A stretch of 63,727 nucleotides of DNA, the filler included, from Octopus bimaculoides (Eukaryota): the NCBI RefSeq assembly GCF_001194135.2. It is 5 parts of 4 records of this genome, joined end to end, with 100 filler letters (N's around TTAATTAATTAA, not from the genome) between each part and the next. Parts side by side here need not be neighbours in the genome. Positions count along the whole stretch, not along the records: positions 43,041 to 61,647 come from NC_068986.1; 4 more parts are not named here. One strand, written 5' to 3'. Under the pieces are notes generated by a model. It was not told where the DNA came from, searched no databases, and saw only the letters and a program-made list of their open reading frames with translations. The position numbers and the translations under genes were made by a program. Of the stretch, positions 49,680 through 61,647 are shown in pieces; position 1 is the stretch's first letter; each line of letters starts with the position of its first letter.

Positions 49680-51720
49680 TGATCAAGCTAGAGCAATAAA
49701 AAAAAATGTTGGTTCACAGAAGTAAAGCTCGAAGCTATCAAAAGATGGGTCTTGGAAAATAGCAGCAGAAATAACAATGAAAATGCAGTTCTTACTAATA
49801 AAAGTGATCTCATAGCACAGGAAAGGAGCAGTTTACTTGATGAGATACATATAGATGATCTAAAAGAAAACAATGAAACAAATGGCGACATTACAGATGA
49901 ACAAAACTCAATCTACGACAGAATTATAGCAAGACTACAGGAGAATGATAGCGACATTATTTGCAACCTTAAAATGGTTGACCGCTGGAAATTGAACCAA
50001 GAAACAAAAAATGTCAATGAAATTCTGAAATACATCAGAACAAACAACATCACAGAAACAAATTATTTTATCAAGGCAACAAGTATTGTTGTAGCAGAAA
50101 ATGTGGGTGTTGATGTGAAGAAAAAGAAATGTAATGGGATTGTCAAAAGAAAAGAGAAAGCGAACAAAAATACAGGGCGCTGAAAAGGAAATATAATATT
50201 GAAAGAAAGGGCCTGAAAGTGGTTATGTAGGAACTGAAATAACGGCTCGTTGCAAAGAAAGCAAAGGTGATAAGATACGACCAAAGAATGAAGGGTTACC
50301 ACCAGAATAGGTTATTCAGAGCATATCAGAAGAGATTCTATAAAGAAATAAATGGAGAGTGTACAGATGAAAGGTTGATACCAGATAACATTGAAAGGCA
50401 AAAGTTTTGGAGTGACATCTGGAGTAAAGACAAGGAGCACAAGAAGGATGCTGAATGGTTGCAACAACTGAAACAAACTTTTAGTCTGTCCAAAACAGGC
50501 AGGACTAATCATTTCAGTTAGAAGAGTGAAGGAAATTAGCTAAAGGATGTGGAACTAGAATGCCTCGGGATCAGAAGGAGTTCAATGCTGACGGAATAAG
50601 ACTGAAGCTATCAACACCTGGGTGATTTCACTCCTTAGGTATGGAGCAGGGGTAATCGCATGGACAGTAGTCGAACTAAACAGCTTATACAGAAAGACAG
50701 GGAAGTTGCTAACTATATATGGGACAATCCACCCAAAAAGTGACAAAGACAAACAATATGTACCAAGGAAAAGAAGGAGAAGAGGATTTATTGGATGCGA
50801 AAAGAGTATTAGAGCAGAAAAAAACAACATAACATAGTATGTAAAAAATGCCACAGAACCGCTATAACTAGAATTAAGAAGGTCAGGCTTGTGTAGGATG
50901 AAAGATTGCAAAGATTAAGCACTATACAAGCAATTGAAAACGAAAGAGACTGAAAATAGGTGGGTATAGAAAAGAATGCATGGACAATTTCATAGGGATG
51001 TTGAAGATAAGACAGATAGAAAAAAAGATGGCTGTGGATGACTAAAAGTGATCTAAAACCGGAAATGGAGGATCTAATTTGTGCTGCCGCAGAGTAAGCA
51101 CTAAGAACAAACTACATAAAATACAGAGTAGACAACACATCAGAAAGTGATACGTGCAGAATCTGTGGACAAAATGGTGAAACTGTATGGCATATTACCA
51201 GCCAATGTACGCCACAAGTCGAGAAGGAATATAAGAGACGCCACGACAATAAGCAAGGCTGGTCCATTTGACACTTTGCAAACACTATGGACTTGACAGA
51301 GAAAAAAATTGTTACGACCACAAACCCGAAGGCATCATCGAAAATGATAATGCAAAGATCCTGTGGGATTTTATGATTCAGTGCGACCATGAGATAGAGA
51401 ATAGGAAGCCAGACATAGTCCTAATTGAGAAACGAAGCAAACTATGCTGGATCATAGATATAGCATGCCCAGCTGACAACAAGGTATGCGATAAAGAAAA
51501 AAGAAATGTCGATAGATATGACAGGTTAACTTGGGAGGCAAAGCAGTCCTGGTCGATGTAAACGGTGATAGTGGTACCAATAATTGTCAGAGTCCAGGGA
51601 ACAGTGAGTAAGAACCTTGAGAAGTAGATGGAAAAAATAGGGGTTGCAATATGGGTGGAGCACTTGCAGAAAACAGCACTACATGGAACCGCTCGAATAC
51701 TCCGAAAGGTGCTCTAAAAA
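49680..51720 (+). mobile_element. Dong/R4-clade non-LTR retrotransposon (RLE type), degraded, RT core deleted
   Basis: QNRLFRAYQKRFYKEING..KFWSDIWS..EHKKDAEWL; NTWVISLLRYGAGVIAW..HPKSD..YVPRK; CCHC knuckle CRICGQNGETVWHITSQC; RHD; KILWDFMIQCDHEIENRKPDIVLIEK..IIDIACP (PD..D restriction-like endonuclease); LQKTALHGTARILRKVL end. Confidence 0.9.
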
Positions 51721-52123
51721 TAAGAGTAGAATTTGAACACAGAATGTAAAGAGCGGAAGAATTTTTGCGAAAAATTTATTCGGCGTGCTAGCGATTCTGC
51801 CAGCTTGCTGTCTTTAGGAACTTACTAATGACCAAGGAAAAATATGTGTCAGTAGTAGAGGAGATTTAGGGATTATTTATATGTAAATATGAGGAAGGGC
51901 GAGAGAGAGAGAAAGGAGTGTGAAAAAGCGGTAGGTGAGATGTGGTAATGGACGGCTGTTGGAAAGACACAGGGTGAGAGAGTGTAGGGGAGAGAGAAAG
52001 CAGAAAGAATGACAAAAAAAGAGAGGGAAAAAGTTAGGAAATTAGGAAAGGAAGAGGGAAGAAATGGCGGTAAAAAGAAACTAAGAGTAGAGAGAAAAAC
52101 CCCCAGATAGATTGACAGAAAGG

Positions 52124-52167
<44 letters not shown>

Positions 52168-52834
52168 CAGGAGTAAAGAAAGGAAGAAAGAAAGAAAGGC
52201 CCAAAACAGAACAGTAAGCAATATAATGGACTTCAATAAAATTTTAAGGAAGAGAATTTATATCACTCCTTTCTACTCAAAGCACAAGGCCCGAAATTTT
52301 TCGGGAGGGGGCCAGACGATTAGATCGATCCTAGTACTCAAATGATACTTAATTTTTATCGACACCGAAACGAGGGAAGTCAAAGTAGACCTCGGCGGAA
52401 TTTGAACTCAGAACGTAAAGACAAACGAATTGTATTTATATTATTGAAAGAAAAGTAAATGCAGGAAAAATAATATGTTGGTGTGTTTGGTGGGGTTTTT
52501 AGAATCAGAAAAGAGAATTAAGAAAGAGTATAAATCAAAAGGAGGAGAATGCGGGAAAGGAGAAAAGAGAATAGAGAAAAAGCAATAGACTGGGCTAGAG
52601 GACAGAACTTTGAGAAATAGACGAAGATTAGTTGTGAATAAGAATGATGGTGGAGCATTAAGTTAGGTGAGTTAACCTGAGAGCAACGAAAAAAGTAAGT
52701 AAATAAATAGCAATGAATTATGGGTTCGAACGCAAAAAATGGGCGTTTACAATAATATGCCATGTAGAGTGAGATATAGGATCTACCTATCTAACTCTTT
52801 CTCCCTCTCTACATATATATATATTCTGTTATTC

Positions 52835-53285
52835 TTTTGTTGTTCTACTTGTTTCAGCCAGTTGACTGCGGCTATGCTGGAGCACCGCCCTGAAGGGTTT
52901 TAGTAGAACGAATCGACCCTACAAATTATTTTTTAAAGCCAGTACTTATTCAGCAATCTATCGATCTCTTTTGCCAATCCTCTAATTACGAGGAGGTAAA
53001 CACACCGATACCGGTTTGTCACTGTTTTTGTCTCCTCCATACGGAGGAGACAAAAACAGTGACAAACCAGCAAGGATACACACACACACATATGCAACAC
53101 ACCTGCGCGCGCACGCACGCTGACACACACATATACGACTTGCTTCAGTCTCCGTCTACCAAATCTGCTCACACGGCTTTGGTCCTCTCGAGGCTAAAGT
53201 AGAAGACACTTGCCCAAGATGCCACGTGGTAGGACTGAACACGGAACCATGTAGTTGGGAAGCAAGCTTCTTACCACACAGCCCC
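52835..53285 (-). mobile_element. SINE family A, full length
   Basis: Tail-to-head reverse copy ending CTTCTTACCACACAGCC. Confidence 0.85.
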
Positions 53286-53502
53286 TCTGTGTGTACATAT
53301 ATTATGTTAATCAGTGTTGTCTTGTGTCGTTCACGTTCTTGTAACAGACGTTCAGCAAAAAAAATTGACAGAAGTACAAAACTTTAGAAAATGAGTACTG
53401 GAGTCTATTTGCTTGTGTAAGCAATTCGTGGTGGTGCTCCAGCGTGACCGCATTTCAGCGACCGAATCAAATACAGGATAAAAGATAAAAAATAAAGATA
53501 AA

Positions 53503-54058
53503 AGGCGCAGGAGTGGCTGTGTGCTAAGTAGCTTGCTTACCAACCACATGGTTCCGAGTTCAGTCCCACTGCGTGGCACCTAGGGCAAGCGTCTTCTACT
53601 ACAGCCTCTGGCCGACCAAAGCCTTGTGAGTGGATTTGGTAGACGGAAACTGAAAGAAGCCCGTCGTATACATATATATGTATATGTATATATANNNNNN
53701 NNNNNNNNNNNNNNNNNNNNNNNNNNNNNNNNNNNNNNNNNNNNNNNNNNNNNNNNNNNNNNNNNNNNNNNNNNNNNNNNNNNNNNNNNNNNNNNNNNNN
53801 NNNNNNNNNNNNNNNNNNNNNNNNNNNNNNNNNNNNNNNNNNNNNNNNNNNNNNNNNNNNNNNNNNNNNNNNNNNNNNNNNNNNNNNNNNNNNNNNNNNN
53901 NNNNNNNNNNNNNNNNNNNNNNNNNNNNNNNNNNNNNNNNNNNNNNNNNNNNNNNNNNNNNNNNNNNNNNNNNNNNNNNNNNNNNNNNNNNNNNNNNNNN
54001 NNNNNNNNNNNNNNNNNNNNNNCAAATAACTGAAACAAATAAAAGAGTAAAAGAGAGT
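53503..54058 (+). mobile_element. SINE family A spanning an N-gap
   Basis: Head GGCGCAGGAGTGGCTGTGTG..GGTTCCGAGTTCAGTCCC..; tail AAATAACTGAAACAAATAAAAGAG after the gap. Other family A pieces at about 4761-4925(-), 12320-12420(-), 20465-20700(-), 25770-25915(+), 29085-29245(+), 32435-32600(+), 33215-33400(-), 41860-42082(+), 42460-42716(-), 43555-43712(-), 44875-45070(-), 62135-62285(-) and 62972-63185(+). Confidence 0.85.
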
Positions 54059-54139
54059 AGAGTATATATTCATTTACATTTTACTTTATTGGACACTAGT
54101 CATACTGAGAGATATCCTAGAATATATACATTTATATAA

Positions 54140-54390
54140 AGGCGTGTGACTTAGTGGTAAGGGCGCTGGACTCATGATCATAAGATTGTGGTTTCGTTTC
54201 CTGGACCGGGCGACACGTTGTGTTCTTGAGCAATGCACTTCATTTCACGTTGCTCCAGTCTACTCAGCTGGCAAAAATGCGTAAACCTGCAACGAATCTG
54301 CGTCTCGTCCAGGTGGGGAATATATACGCCACTGAAATTGGAAACCAGCCCTCGTGAGCCTGGCATGGCTCGAGAAGGAAACATACATAT
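54140..54390 (+). mobile_element. tRNA-headed SINE family D
   Basis: GGCGTGTGACTTAGTGGTAAGG (A box)..GGTTTCGTTTCC (B-box-like)..GTTCTTGAGCAATGCACTT (CORE-like); distinct body from families A-C. Confidence 0.65.
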
Positions 54391-54560
54391 ATACGACGTG
54401 TTTCTTCATTGTTTTCGACAACCAAATTCATTTATAATATATTGGTCTACAAAAGGAGACACTTGCAAAGTGTTCCACGAAGTGGGATTGAACACGCTAA
54501 ATTGTTGAGGTGAAGTAAATTGCTTAACTGCACATAAATGTCTCTCAGAGAGAGACAAAT

Positions 54561-54609
<49 letters not shown>

Positions 54610-54688
54610 AACAGACAAACAGACAGAAGACAGACAGAGGGAGCGAGAGAGAGGGGACACAGAGAAAGAGAGTGGCATAGAGAGAAAG

Positions 54689-54731
<43 letters not shown>

Positions 54732-54734
54732 GAT

Positions 54735-54774
<40 letters not shown>

Positions 54775-55950
54775 GGCCATTAGACTTAAAATAGATTCTT
54801 TTCTGGATTTGTTCGACTAAAGCCTTCAAGGTAGTACTGTAGCCTGGCCACAGACTTATGACTGAAAGAAGTAAAAATAAAAGACATATGTATACAGTAT
54901 GCATATATGCATCCATGCTTATATGCAACCATGCATGTATCTATGTGTGTGTATGTATATACATAGAAAGTTAGATAAACATATAGATACATAGCAAGCT
55001 ACCTTAGATAGAAATGTAGATTGACAGATAGATAGATAGATAGATAGAAAGATAGATAGATAGATAGATTGTCAGAGGGAGTAGGAAGGTATAGAAGATA
55101 CTCGGGAATTGAGAATGAATGAAATAAAGATGGAACGTGATGAACAATCATCGAGATAGACAAATTGATGCAGAAATCAAGATATATGAGAAAGGGAGAG
55201 GAATATGTGAGCACTGTAAAGATGGGAGGAAAGTGATATTTGAAAGGAAAAGAAGAGGACATAAATAGAAAGATTGTTAGAATGATTAAGAGGAGAATAG
55301 AGGGGTGTTTCATAGAAAGTGAGAGGCAGAGAGAAATAAATGGTTGAGACTGATTTCAACCAGCCACTCGCTGTCTGACGTTTCTATGTGCGGCCATATT
55401 GTGTAATTGTCGAATTGGCGATAGATGCACGGCCAGCAAATCCAGCCGACCAATGAGAGGTCAGAGATTGTGCGAGAGACTGAGAGAGACGGAGACCAGT
55501 CAATACACGTCCTGAATGGATCTAGATGGCACAACCAGCCGAAAGATTGTCAGGAACCGTAATGCAGTAATGAATACGTGCTATTTTATTTCATTTTACG
55601 TATATCTCATTGTCTCTTTCTTTTCTTTTTTTTGTTCTTATTCTTCTTTGCCTATTTTATTTATTTGATAACACTTAATCAATCATTATTCCGAAACATT
55701 CATGACCATTTGTTAATCAGATATCGTTGTAGCTATTCTTCGTCATCAGCCTCCTCTTCTATTTCTAGCTGATCACAGTGCCGTCTGCTTTATGCAGTCC
55801 TTCCTTGTACAATCGTATGATTTATCACCTCCCGAAAAAGACTTTACAACAGATGACCTGCCTCTGCCAACGATTCCAACAACCAAATAAATCATCATAT
55901 AATTTTTACTGGAAATGGAATGTTGACATTCAATGCCGGTAGACATTTCC

Positions 55951-56009
<59 letters not shown>

Positions 56010-56311
56010 ATGCTGGTGGTGNNNNNNNNNNNNNNNNNNNNNNNNNNNNNNNNNNNNNNNNNNNNNNNNNNNNNNNNNNNNNNNNNNNNNNNNNNNNNNN
56101 NNNNNNNNNNNNNNNNNNNNNNNNNNNNNNNNNNNNNNNNNNNNNNNCGGCGGCGGCGGTGGTAAGTTGTAGGGAATGGTATGTCTTCTGCTTCTTCAAC
56201 GCCTGTCGGCTCTCTGCCATTTACGATTAAATGGACCAGTATATACATGCATACACACGTATGCGATTCCCATTCAAAAACGCATTACCACATACATAAA
56301 CATATGCAGGA

Positions 56312-56352
<41 letters not shown>

Positions 56353-56665
56353 TACATACATATATATATGTGTGTATACATACGTATGCGCGGGCATACA
56401 CACTCATATATAAAAGAATGAATGATGAAGAGAGTATCATATTATGATAGCGGAAATTTGTGCCAAAGAATTTGACAAGGTAAAATAAAAGGAAATACAT
56501 GAACATGCTTCACAATGAACTCTATAAATGTGTGTATATATATGTGTGTATATATGTGCGTGAGTGAGTGTGTGTGTACGTGTGTGTTTGCATGTGTGTG
56601 CGTGTGCATGTGTGTGTGTGTGTGTATTTGAGCGTTTGTTTGCTCCTGTATATGTACCTGCGCCT

Positions 56666-57061
56666 GTGGAGGCACAATGGCGCAGTGGTTAGGGCAGCGG
56701 ACTCGCGGTCATAGGATCACGGTTTTGAATCCCAGACCGGGCGTTGTGAGTGTTTATTGAGCGACAACACCGAAAACAGCTCCACGAGGCTCCGCCAGGG
56801 GATGGTGGTGAACCTTGCTGTACTCTTTCACCACAACTTTCTCTCACTCTTACTTCCTGTTTCTGTTGTGCCTGTAATTCAAGGGGTCAGCCTTGTCACA
56901 CTGTATCACTCTGAATATCCCCGAGAACTACGTTAAGGGTACACGTGTCTGTGGAGTGCTCAGCCACTTGCACGCTAATTTCACGAGCAGGCTGTTCCGT
57001 TGATCGGATCAACTGGAACCCTCGTCGTCGTAATCGACGGAATGCCAACAACAACAACAAC
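56666..57061 (+). mobile_element. tRNA-headed SINE family C, full length with TSD
   Basis: A-box TGGCGCAGTGG, B-box-like GGTTTTGAATCCC, (CAA)n tail; 14-bp TSD atgtacctgcgcct (56652-56665) / atgtacctgtgcct (57062-57075). Confidence 0.92.
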
Positions 57062-57680
57062 ATGTACCTGTGCCTATATGTATGTGTGAATGAGTAGTAT
57101 TAAGTATATATGGCTGCAACTGATCAGGGTGTTTGCTTCGCAACAATGAGATCTTGAGATCGATGTGGTCGCATGGAATTTCAAATAAATGTTATTTCCT
57201 GTAGTTCCCGGTTGACACATACCCATTGGGCGAAATTGGATAGATAAAATTTGATAACTTTAGTAATACTTGACCCATTACGGACATCAATTCCTTGAGA
57301 CTGTCCTGTAGGTATTCAAGAGATTTGGCTACTATTTCTAGTAACGCAATAGATCGATAATCGCTTCCTGTTTGGCATATATATTATTCTAGCTGCATTC
57401 TATGAGAACGTTTGTCATAGCGACGATTTCGTGTGTGGATTATTTGCCAAGACAACACGTCTCTATAACCTGTTGATCTGTGCATAGTTTTCGTACCAAG
57501 AAAGGTGTTTATAGACATGTTAAAGCTATAATTAATAATTATTGCATGGTTTATCTTTGGTCTTATTACGAAATAATCGCGTAGAGTAGACAACACAATG
57601 ACTACATCGCATATGTAATATACATACATGCATACGTACATACATAAACACACATATATATATGTGTGTGTGTTCATATG

Positions 57681-57731
<51 letters not shown>

Positions 57732-57779
57732 NNNNNNNNNNNNNNNNNNNNNNNNNNNNNNNNNNNNNNNNNNNNNNTG

Positions 57780-57816
<37 letters not shown>

Positions 57817-57857
57817 TCACCAGTCTAGTTATGTTTCTCGCACTCTTACTCTCTGTC

Positions 57858-57890
<33 letters not shown>

Positions 57891-58039
57891 GTCTGTTTCT
57901 CTCTCCCTCGCGCTCTCTTTCCCCCTCTCTCCCTCTCTTTCTCCCTCTCTCTCTCTCTCTCTCTCTGTGTCTGCATACACATTACATACAGTGCAGGTAA
58001 CATACAGCTCATCCGGCTTTTCAACAGTTTTCAAAGGTA

Positions 58040-58645
58040 GAACATTAATGCGCTTAGGCACTGATGACTTGTGAAGTCTTGCGTGCTTCAGATGGAACGT
58101 AGCTTTACTACGAGAAGAGACTGGTCAGAGAGATAGCAGGTGTTATGAAAATGACGTGTAATGTTAAAGTCCCTAATATCTCGTTTCTTAGTCCATGACA
58201 TGCCAATTCTCCAGGTCGTCTTGCAACAATTTCGCTCTTGAAAAAATGTATTTGTGATGCTTAGACTGAATTCCCTGCAGATGGAGAGTACACGCAGACC
58301 ACTGGAGATCATTCAACGAACACTATAAGGGCCAAATACATCCTCCCGTGCCTTATAATCAGTATCAACACGAGCTTTAAAGTCGCCTATAAGGATAAGC
58401 TTATCTCTATGGTAACAACTGGAGATGACATCACGAAGTTGGTTGTAAAATTCATCCGTTTCCTGCTCCGTACACGCCATGGTTGGAGCATAACAACTAA
58501 CAAGCGTAGTACGAGTGTTGTGATCAAGTTCCAACGTTAGTGTCATGATGCGATCAGAAATACCTTTGGGTAGACGAAGAAGGGACCTAGCTATTTCTGT
58601 TTTGATGGGAAAGCCAACCTGAGTGACGTGGCTCGTCTTCATCTC
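58040..58645 (-). mobile_element. RTE (BovB-like) LINE apurinic endonuclease fragment
   Basis: VGFPIKTE..LPKGISDRIMTL..TLVSCYAPT..FYNQL..DKLILIGDFKARV, then (frameshift) LSITNTFFQ..KTTW..RDIRDFNITR..SDQSLLVVKL: APE motifs typical of the RTE clade. Confidence 0.88.
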
Positions 58646-58670
58646 TTCCACACCAGAAAAAAAATGTATG

Positions 58671-58704
<34 letters not shown>

Positions 58705-60552
58705 TGTATGTATGTATGTATCTATCNNNNNNNNNNNNNNNNNNNNNNNNNNNNNNNNNNNNNNNNNNNNNNNNNNNNNNNNNNNNNNNNNNNNNNNNNN
58801 NNNNNNNNNNNNNNNNNNNNNNNNNNNNNNNNNNNNNNNNNNNNNNNNNNNNNNNNNNNNNNNNNNNNNNNNNNNNNNNNNNNNNNNNNNNNNNNNNNNN
58901 NNNNNNNNNNNNNNNNNNNNNNNNNNNNNNNNNNNNNNNNNNNNNNNNNNNNNNNNNNNNNNNNNNNNNNNNNNNNNNNNNNNNNNNNNNNNNNNNNNNN
59001 NNNNNNNNNNNNNNNNNNNNNNNNNNNNNNNNNNNNNNNNNNNNNNNNNNNNNNNNNNNNNNNNNNNNNNNNNNNNNNNNNNNNNNNNNNNNNNNNNNNN
59101 NNNNNNNNNNNNNNNNNNNNNNNNNNNNNNNNNNNNNNNNNNNNNNNNNNNNNNNNNNNNNNNNNNNNNNNNNNNNNNNNNNNNNNNNNNNNNNNNNNNN
59201 NNNNNNNNNNNNNNNNNNNNNNNNNNNNNNNNNNNNNNNNNNNNNNNNNNNNNNNNNNNNNNNNNNNNNNNNNNNNNNNNNNNNNNNNNNNNNNNNNNNT
59301 ATATATATATGTATATGCGTGTGCGCGCACGTGTATATGTGTGTGTGTATGTGTTTATCTGTCCAACAATATTTCGTTAGACTGTAGCCTATTATAGTAT
59401 CCTTCTGGCGTCCATTCCTGGCGCACTCTATCCTGTTCTGTTCACATTTAGAAAGCTTACTATGTATCTGTAACTTGTTCGCGTATATATAATCCTCCAA
59501 GAAAACTTATCGAGAGCGTGGTATATATTACCACTGGCATCGTTTTTATCTGAATTGAAGTATTATGTCCGAAAAAAGATCTAACTTATTACTTTTCTGC
59601 TATGTTTCCCAATCCTTAACAGAAAATTCTTTCAAAATCTCAAAATCATTCGAATATATGATTGATGAATTTTCTACAGACATTTTCATTTTTCAGCCAT
59701 TATGGTGTAAGCTTTGGCATACGCATTTATGTAAGCACTATGTGCCTGTCTGTCTGTCTGTCTGTCTGTATATCTGTATGTCTGTCTGTCTGTCTGTATG
59801 TATGTATGTATGTCTGCATGTCTGCATCTATGTATGTATGTATGTATGTGTGTGTGTGTGTATGTATCTATGTATATGACTTTTATCTGCATTCAGTAAT
59901 GAGGTCTACGTCGAGAGTGGTATCACCTGTGATGTTTCCACCTATGGGTTAACTTACATGTGAAGTTGGGGACGCAGAGATATCCCTGTCTGGCTATGGG
60001 CGCGCACTAAAACCACTGGGAGTGAGGGACTACTAGCTGAGAGAGGGACACGCATTTAAAGATCCTCGTGATTACTAATCATGTCACATTGGTCTGTCAC
60101 TTGGCGCTAAACACAGTGACTCACCGAGTGGTACTTATTTTGTACAAGCGTTTATTACTATAATACAATGATGTGTCTTTAGAGCGACTTCATTTGTCAC
60201 TCCATATATGGAAAGTCCAGTGATGATGGAAAAGTGGCAATGCGTGCAAACCTAACTAGTTGGAAACGCGCAGTTAGTTACATCTTTCGTCTGTCGCCTA
60301 TTTTTGAAACCATGGAGATCTGGAGCAGGACTGAATGGTTATCTGAGAGCTGGTGGAGTAAAAGCCAAAATCACCATCGACGAATAAGAGACGGCAATCA
60401 TGTGTGAAGTTGGAGTAACCACTATGTAAGTATATTCATATATATAATACTCATAGTATTTTATAAGCTCAAAAGCGACAACCGCACAATGACTAAACAA
60501 AATAGTCTAATAGTGAGGCATATCAGCCCACGCCGGAAAGAAGCTGGTTTTC

Positions 60553-60624
60553 CCGTACGCGTGGGACTCGAACCCACACGTCTTTATTTTCGCGACAAGA
60601 ATGCTACCATTATACTAGCGGACA
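60553..60624 (-). pseudogene. tRNA-Asp(GTC)-like pseudogene or SINE head
   Basis: Minus strand TGTCCGC-TA-GTATAATGGTAGCATTC-TTGTCGC-GAAAATAAAGACGT-GTGGG TTCGAGT CCCAC-GCGTACG. A and B boxes are present, the T arm is perfect, the acceptor stem pairs 6/7 and the loop has GTC, but the anticodon stem pairs only 3 bp. Two diverged partial copies lie on the + strand (60693-60752, 60981-61040). Confidence 0.55.
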
Positions 60625-61576
60625 ACCTGCTTCATTTCGTCAGATTTAAGGACTATAATTAGTCCGTATTGTTGTCTTTGTAAACAAACAGTCATGGTAG
60701 CATTCTTGACGTGAAAACAAAGAGGTGTGGGTTCGAGTCACACGCGTACGGGAAAACCTACTTTTTTTTCCGTCGTGATCTTATATGTCCTATTATTAGT
60801 CATTGCGCAGTGATTACATATAAAATATGACTACTATTATTTAATGAATTGTGAAAAGCGACGCTGTTTAACAAAAACCATTGCAGTAAAATCACATGAA
60901 AGTTTGATGACAACAATAACACTAAGAACAAATTATAGTTCTTAAATCTGACGGAATGAAGCGAGTTGTGCGATACTGAGGTGGTAACATTCCTTTCGCA
61001 AAAACAAAGAGGTGTAGCTTCGAGTCTCACGCGTACGGGAAAACCTAATTATTTAAAATATATTTCGGCGGGAGCAGCTTAGTTGATTACTTCGACCGCA
61101 GTGTGCAACTGGTAATTTATTCATTGACACTGGTAAAACGTTAGGATTTTTTAATATCAATCCAGTTATTTGTTGAAATATCTTTAAAAGCCAGCCATTT
61201 ACTGCACTGCATCGAATCACACGGATATATAGTCTAAAGGAAGCAATTCCTTTTTTTTTTCTTGACGCTCCTCTCATATCCAATTTTTTTTTGTTTTTTT
61301 TTTTTGGCGGGGTCATTGTCTTGTTTTGGACTGCAACTATAATGGAGCACTGCCTTGTCGGGAAAACATTGACGCTTGTGCTTTTGGTATGTCAGTGTGT
61401 ATGTCTGTATTTGTGTGTGTGTGCGTGGTTCTAATGCTATCACTTTTGGTGAGTTGTTATGTTACGGAGTCATACGCGAACCAACATCGGATTTGAAATC
61501 GCGATAGGTTACGTATACCCACTTACAAACATCCACACACATACTCACCCAACCAAATATATATGTATATATATAT

Positions 61577-61647
<71 letters not shown>

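Noticed and set aside
53503-53580. tRNA genes at the heads of SINE families A-D
   Set aside because: A/B boxes are present but the cloverleafs are incomplete and run into SINE bodies repeated across the window; counted as SINEs.
55850-55895. Minus-strand VVGIVGRGRSSVVKSF as a P-loop
   Set aside because: It lacks GKS/T and sits in a short frame closed by stops.
60395-60432. Short ATG exon MCEVGVTT-AT|GTAAGT
   Set aside because: The donor is good, but no compatible downstream exon was found (phase 2 into 62592 stops at once) and the peptide is uninformative.
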